Origin: Macrostomum hystrix
Lineage: Eukaryota; Animalia; Platyhelminthes
Assembly (NCBI GenBank): GCA_950097015.1
Contig: CATNEN010000030.1
Location: 4,030,001 to 4,094,000 of the forward strand
DNA length: 64,000 bases
Reading direction: 5' to 3'
Each line of letters opens with the position of its first letter. Positions within the stretch are counted from its first letter, which is position 1. The notes beneath the pieces are model-generated. The model was not told where the DNA came from, did not search any database, and was given only the letters and a program-made list of their open reading frames with translations. A program made the position numbers and the translations under genes. This document shows positions 58,804 to 64,000 of the stretch, one piece after another.

Positions 58804-61800
58804 TTAGGTGGCAGAAGTCTGGTTCTGCTGCTGTCTGGACGTGCCTACAAAAGCTGACCCGTTGTTGGCCGGCATCGAGTTGTTCAGGTCGTCCACCCTT
58901 GAAGGGCCGTGCTTAATTATGGCGTACACCTGCATAGGAGGTTAATCAAATCTAGACGGAGGTTTTATCAGCAGAAAAATGTGCACCAGCCATGTAAAAA
59001 TATTCACATCGACTTCCATTACGAACAAGATAATATTTAGCTGACCTAAACGAAAGAGATTAAAAGAAAATTTGTTAAGAAGAAAGTTCAAATTTTATGC
59101 TCTAATTGAAGAAAATAACAAAAGCAGCATTACCCAAGGCTTTTAATTTCGTCCCTATTTAAGGTCAACCTGAACGATTAACTTCATGCGCTTACATAAA
59201 TCCTCTCTCGGACCTACCAACGCAAATCTTATTGAACTACTCAGCTGTCCCTGTACTCATTCCTCACTCTACTCAGCTGTCCCTGAACTCATTCCTCACT
59301 CAACTCAGCTGTCCCTGTACTCATTCCTCACTCTTTTCAGCTGTCCCTGAACTCATTCCTCACTCAACTCAGCTGTCCCTGTACTCATTCCTCACTCAAC
59401 TCAGCAGTCCCTGTACTCATTCCTCACTCAACTCAGCTGTCCCTGTACTCATTCCTCACTCTACTCAGCTGTCCCTGTACTCATTCCTCACTCTACTCAG
59501 CTGTCCCTGTACTCATTCCTCACTCTACTCAGCTGTCCTGTACTCATTCCTCACTCTACTCAGCTGTCCCTGAACTCATTCCTCACTCTACTCAGCTGTC
59601 CCTGTACTCATTCCTCACTCTACTCAGCTGTCCCTGTACTCATTCCTCACTCTACTCAGCTGTCCCTGTACTCATTCCTCACTCTACTCAGCTGTCCCTG
59701 TACTCATTCCTCACTCTACTCAGCTGTCCCTGTACTCATTCCTCACTCTACTCAGCAGTCCCTGTACTCATTCCTCACTCTACTCAGCAGTCCCTGTACT
59801 CATTCCTCACTCCTGTCAGCACTCCCAGCACTAATTTTCCATTCCGCTAAGTTACCTTGCTACCGAACACGATGATAACAACAGTCGTGCAGCAAAGAAC
59901 AATGCAGCCATTGATCAGTAAGAAGCGCAGGTTGATTTCGCTAGATGGCAAAACGAAGTTCATGACCACACCGATGGCGCCCATGACCAGGGTGTTGTAC
60001 ACGCAGATGCCAATCTTCTTCGAGTCGTTTAGGCTCTCTACGTGAACTAGGCGGGTTTCCCAGGCGAAGAACAGACCAAAGATGAGGAGCAGACCTATTC
60101 GACAAAAATGCAACGCAGAAAATGGAATATTTTTGTTAATCTATTTTTCATCTATTCCAATTGATGCATCCCACCTTTGATTCCGAGAAATATGCAAGTC
60201 CAGATGACAAGACTGTCGCAGCTGCACTCCTGTACCTCGTTGGATTCTATAGTACCCAGACTAACCGATTCCTGTTTCGAAATAGCAAGTTTTGAAAGTA
60301 CTTTTAAAGTTTAAACTAAGAAATTAAACGACCGACGCTCTAAACAGAAAGTACAATTGATCCAAAACTATTTGGTACTAGATAATGATGCCAGATGTGC
60401 AGCCGACAGCCCAGCCGCAGCTCGCGATCGCACGGCGCATCTGAAGGCTGCGTACGGCTGTTCAGTCCATGGACCTGGGGGACGCCACACCCACTACTCT
60501 CGATTAAAAAAACTGATTCTTGTACCCATTTGACTGCTGGGTGAACTGAAGCAATACAGAGTTAAGTGTCTTGCCAAAAGACACATTTTTTGGGTGGAGT
60601 CGGGAATCGAACCCTTGACCTTCAAGTCGTGAGTACGACGCTCTAACCACTAAGCTTCAACCTATTTAGTCGGCACCGAAAACAAAAAAATACCCAGAGT
60701 TACTCACCACAACGGCAAATGTGTTGATATTGACATACAGTGGATCGTAGATAGCCCAGATAATAAACACCACAATGTCCAAAGCAACTACGGCCAAAAC
60801 CACGCCCGCCAGATGAATGTCCTTGATCAACTGAAATTGAATAATTTGACATGGATTTGACTTAAAAAACGTACTTAAAAAACGGAAACAAAAAATCAAT
60901 TTAGCTGATTTTTTATAAATCAGTTAAGTAGCCTAGTTAGAAAACAAATTCTTGTTCCTAATATCTTAATAACTAAGTATAGTTTAGTAAATATTAAAAC
61001 ATTTTTTCATATTTCATTATTTCCTTGTTATTTTTTACTATTATCTAAGTATATATTCTTCTTGTTTATGCAAATGTATTTATATATTTTTATTTATTTA
61101 TAACAAACTAAAAAAGAGCTAGCAAAAATAAATAAAAAATTGATGCTCAAAATAATAAAACCTAGTTATAACAAAGTATAATTAACAAAGTAAAATAAAT
61201 TATTAGAAAAATATAATAATTCGAAATTGATATATGGTTCAATTACAAAGTTTAAATGTTCTGAAAATTGATCGAATTATTTTTTTCAGAGAAATCTTCT
61301 TTAGAATGCACTTAACGTTTTTTAAACTGGAGGATATTGTTGTGTATGCGGCTTGCATGCCGCCTAGAGTGCAAGCGCACGTGGTGCGTTGTGATTGGCT
61401 GGGGGGTTTACTGTCTGCCCCAGACCGGTCTAGGCCGGGGTGGGGGGTTGATTGTTGACGTGGCAGTTTTGGCAGTCAAAATATATAATAGTGCGCGCAG
61501 GCCTTTCGAGCCTTACGTTCCTTTTCAACTTCTCAATTATTACTGCTCCGTTTTCCATTTGGGCACGCTGCCACGGCACAACAGATATCAAGCAGACAAA
61601 GAAAAGAAATGGTGAATTCAGTTCAGGACACCAGAAAAAGATGAAAGCACGCACCACTCGGCGCAGGCTCTTGGTGGTGAAGATGACGTGCACCCGCCAG
61701 GTCTTCGCCAGCATCGCTCCGAAGGCCACGGAGTAGCCAAAGCAGAGGCAAACGGTCTGCAGCCAGCAGTAGGCGGGCGAGTCGCTCCAGTAGCCGGAGA

Positions 61801-62037
61801 CAGCGCTGAACACAATGGACATGTAGCACACGCCGCAGCCGGCTGCCAGCAGGTTGTTGATGTTCGGCGAGGACAGCTTGATGAAGCGCAGGTACCGAAA
61901 GGCAACATTAAAGCCAACCGAGACAACGGTGAGGGCTACACCGCAGGCGCAGAGAAACAGCATGACGATGACGTTTCTAAGCGACACCTTCAGCCGCTTT
62001 GACACCTGCTTTGGCCGGTCTCTGGGTGCCTGGCCGC
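58804..62037 (-). CDS. GABA-B receptor-like class C GPCR, 7TM and C-terminal exons: 62037-61655, 60830-60708, 60271-60175, 60094-59856, 58929-58804. Upstream exons lie beyond the window
   Basis: GGQAPRDR, RFIKLSSPNINNLLAAGC, FGYSVAFGAMLAKTWRVHVIF, IKDIHL...WAIYDPL, ECSC...IKGLLLIFGLFFAWETR, LNDSKKIGICVYN. All phases are consistent. Confidence 0.93.
59237..59812. repeat. 32-bp minisatellite (tactcagctgtccctgtactcattcctcactc), in a GPCR intron
   Basis: About 18 tandem copies. Confidence 0.95.
60378..60662 (-). mobile_element. tRNA-derived SINE, near full length
   Basis: Reverse complement of the 11272 copy: B-box gggttcgattcc, ttgcttcagttcacccagcagtcaaatgggtac and the same 3' 20-mer. Confidence 0.8.
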
Positions 62038-62094
62038 CTTCGCAATGGGCATTCAGAAATTAAAGCCTTTAATTCCTAAATACATAAATTCAGA

Positions 62095-64000
62095 AAGAGA
62101 AAGCTAGCCTATATGACTTCAGGTAGAGAAAGCTAGACTATATGACTTCGGGTAGAGTAAGCTAGCCTATATGACTTCAGGTAGAGTAAGCTAGACTATA
62201 TGACTTCAGGTAGAGAAAGCTAGCCTATATGACTTCAGGTAGAGAAAGCTAGACTATATGACTTCAGGTAGAGAAAGCTAGACTATATGACTTCAGGTAG
62301 AGAAAGCTAGCCAATATGACTTCAGGTAGAGAAAGCTAGCCTACAAGACTTCAGGTAGAGAAAGCTAGCCAATATGACTTCAGGTAGAGAAAGCTAGCCA
62401 ATATGACTTCAGGTAGAGAAAGCTAGCCTACAAGACTTCAGGTAGAGAAAGCTAGCCTACATGACTTCGGGTAGAGAAAGCTAGCCTATATGACTTCAGG
62501 TAGAGAAAGCTAGCCTACATGACTTCAGGTAGAGAAAGCTAGACTATATGACTTCAGGTAGAGAAAGCTAGCCAATATGACTTCAGGTAGAGAAAGCTAG
62601 CCAATATGACTTCAGGTAGAGAAAGCTAGACTATATGACTTCAGGTAGAGAAAGCTAGCCAATATGACTTCAGGTAGAGAAAGCTAGCCTACATTACTTC
62701 AGGTAGAGAAAGCTAGCCAATATGACTTCAGGTAGAGTAAGCTAGACTATATGACTTCAGGTAGAGAAAGCTAGCCTATATGACTTCAGGTAGAGAAAGC
62801 TAGACTATATGACTTCAGGTAGAGAAAGCTAGCCAATATGACTTCAGGTAGAGAAAGCTAGCCAATATGACTTCAGGTAGAGAAAGCTAGCCAATATGAC
62901 TTCAGGTAGAGAAAGCTAGCCAATATGACTTCAGGTAGAGAAAGCTAGCCTATATGACTTCAGGTAGAGAAAGCTTGACTATATGACTTCAGGTAGAGAA
63001 AGCTAGCCTATATGACTTCAGGTAGAGAAAGCTAGCCTATATGACTTCAGGTAGAGAAAGCTAGCCTACATGACTTCAGGTAGAGAAAGCTAGACTATAT
63101 GACTTCGGGTAGAGAAAGCTAGCCAATATGACTTCAGGTAGAGAAAGCTAGACTATATGACTTCAGGTAGAGAAAGCTAGCCAATATGACTTCAGGTAGA
63201 GAAAGCTAGCCTACATTACTTCAAGTAGAGAAAGCTAGCCAATATGACTTCAGGTAGAGAAAGCTAGCCAATATGACTTCAGGTAGAGAAAGCTAGCCAA
63301 TATGACTTCAGGTAGAGAAAGCTAGACTATTTGACTTCAGGTAGAGAAAGCTAGCCTATATGACTTCAGGTAGAGAAAGCTAGACTATATGACTTCGGGT
63401 AGAGTAAGCTAGCCTATATGACTTTGGGTAGAGAAAGCTAGACTATATGACTTCGGGTAGAGAAAGCTAGCCTACATGACTTCAGGTAGAGAAAGCTAGC
63501 CTACATGACTTCAGGTAGAGAAAGCTAGACTATATGACTTCAGGTAGAGAAAGCTAGACTATATGACTTCAGGTAGAGAAAGCTAGCCAATATGACTTCA
63601 GGTAGAGAAAGCTAGCCTACAAGACTTCAGGTAGAGAAAGCTAGCCAATATGACTTCAGGTAGAGAAAGCTAGCCAATATGACTTCAGGTAGAGAAAGCT
63701 AGCCTACAAGACTTCAGGTAGAGAAAGCTAGCCTACATGACTTCGGGTAGAGAAAGCTAGACTATATGACTTCAGGTAGAGAAAGCTAGCCTACATGACT
63801 TCGGGTAGAGAAAGCTAGACTATATGACTTCAGGAAGAGAAAACTAGACTATATGACTTCAGGTAGAGAAAGCTAGCCTACATGACTTCAGGTAGAGAAA
63901 GCTAGACTATATGACTTCAGGTAGAGAAAGCTAGCCAATATGACTTCAGGTAGAGAAAGCTAGACTATATGACTTCAGGTAGAGAAAGCTAGCCAATATG
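62095..64000. repeat. 29-bp satellite (atatgacttcaggtagagaaagctagcct), more than 65 copies, truncated by the window edge
   Basis: Tandem array in a GPCR intron. Confidence 0.98.

Noticed and set aside
284-62037. Functional neuro-ciliary gene cluster (SLC6, SK, IFT74, GABA-B-like)
   Set aside because: There is no shared regulatory evidence, and such genes are common enough for chance adjacency.
1571-63999. Long periodic ORFs in satellites (e.g. 1571-2188, 9334-9861, 47385-48260, 50623-51773, 51951-53343, 54175-54672, 55601-58483)
   Set aside because: They are by-products of stop-free repeat units, mostly inside introns of real genes, and show no non-repetitive coding signal.

Overview
Animal (metazoan) genomic DNA with GC-rich spliced exons, GT-AG introns and about 20 minisatellite arrays making up roughly a third of the window. 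The style resembles the flatworm Macrostomum, but that is inference only. Host genes reconstructed by hand with phase-consistent splice sites: an SLC6 transporter (- strand, runs off the left edge), an SK/KCNN channel (-), TOLLIP (-), a divergent CHP/calcineurin-B-like protein (+), IFT74 (+) with a nested antisense 2-TM ORF, and a GABA-B-type class C GPCR (-, 5' part off the right edge). The main discovery is an 8.8-kb CMC/EnSpm(CACTA)-type DNA transposon in TOLLIP intron 2 (22980-31793). It has 13-bp CCCGG TIRs, a TAA target duplication and inverted subterminal repeats. It carries a decayed transposase and three same-strand cargo ORFs. One cargo ORF is intact and contains an apparent CtIP/Sae2 C-terminal DNA-end-resection domain, which aligns without gaps over 69 aa to human CtIP as I recall it. 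Also present: an 832-bp MULE/Foldback-like element with a 9-bp TSD, a tRNA-derived SINE family, and a minisatellite in IFT74 built from the splice-donor junction. No searches were run, and all homology calls come from motif recognition.
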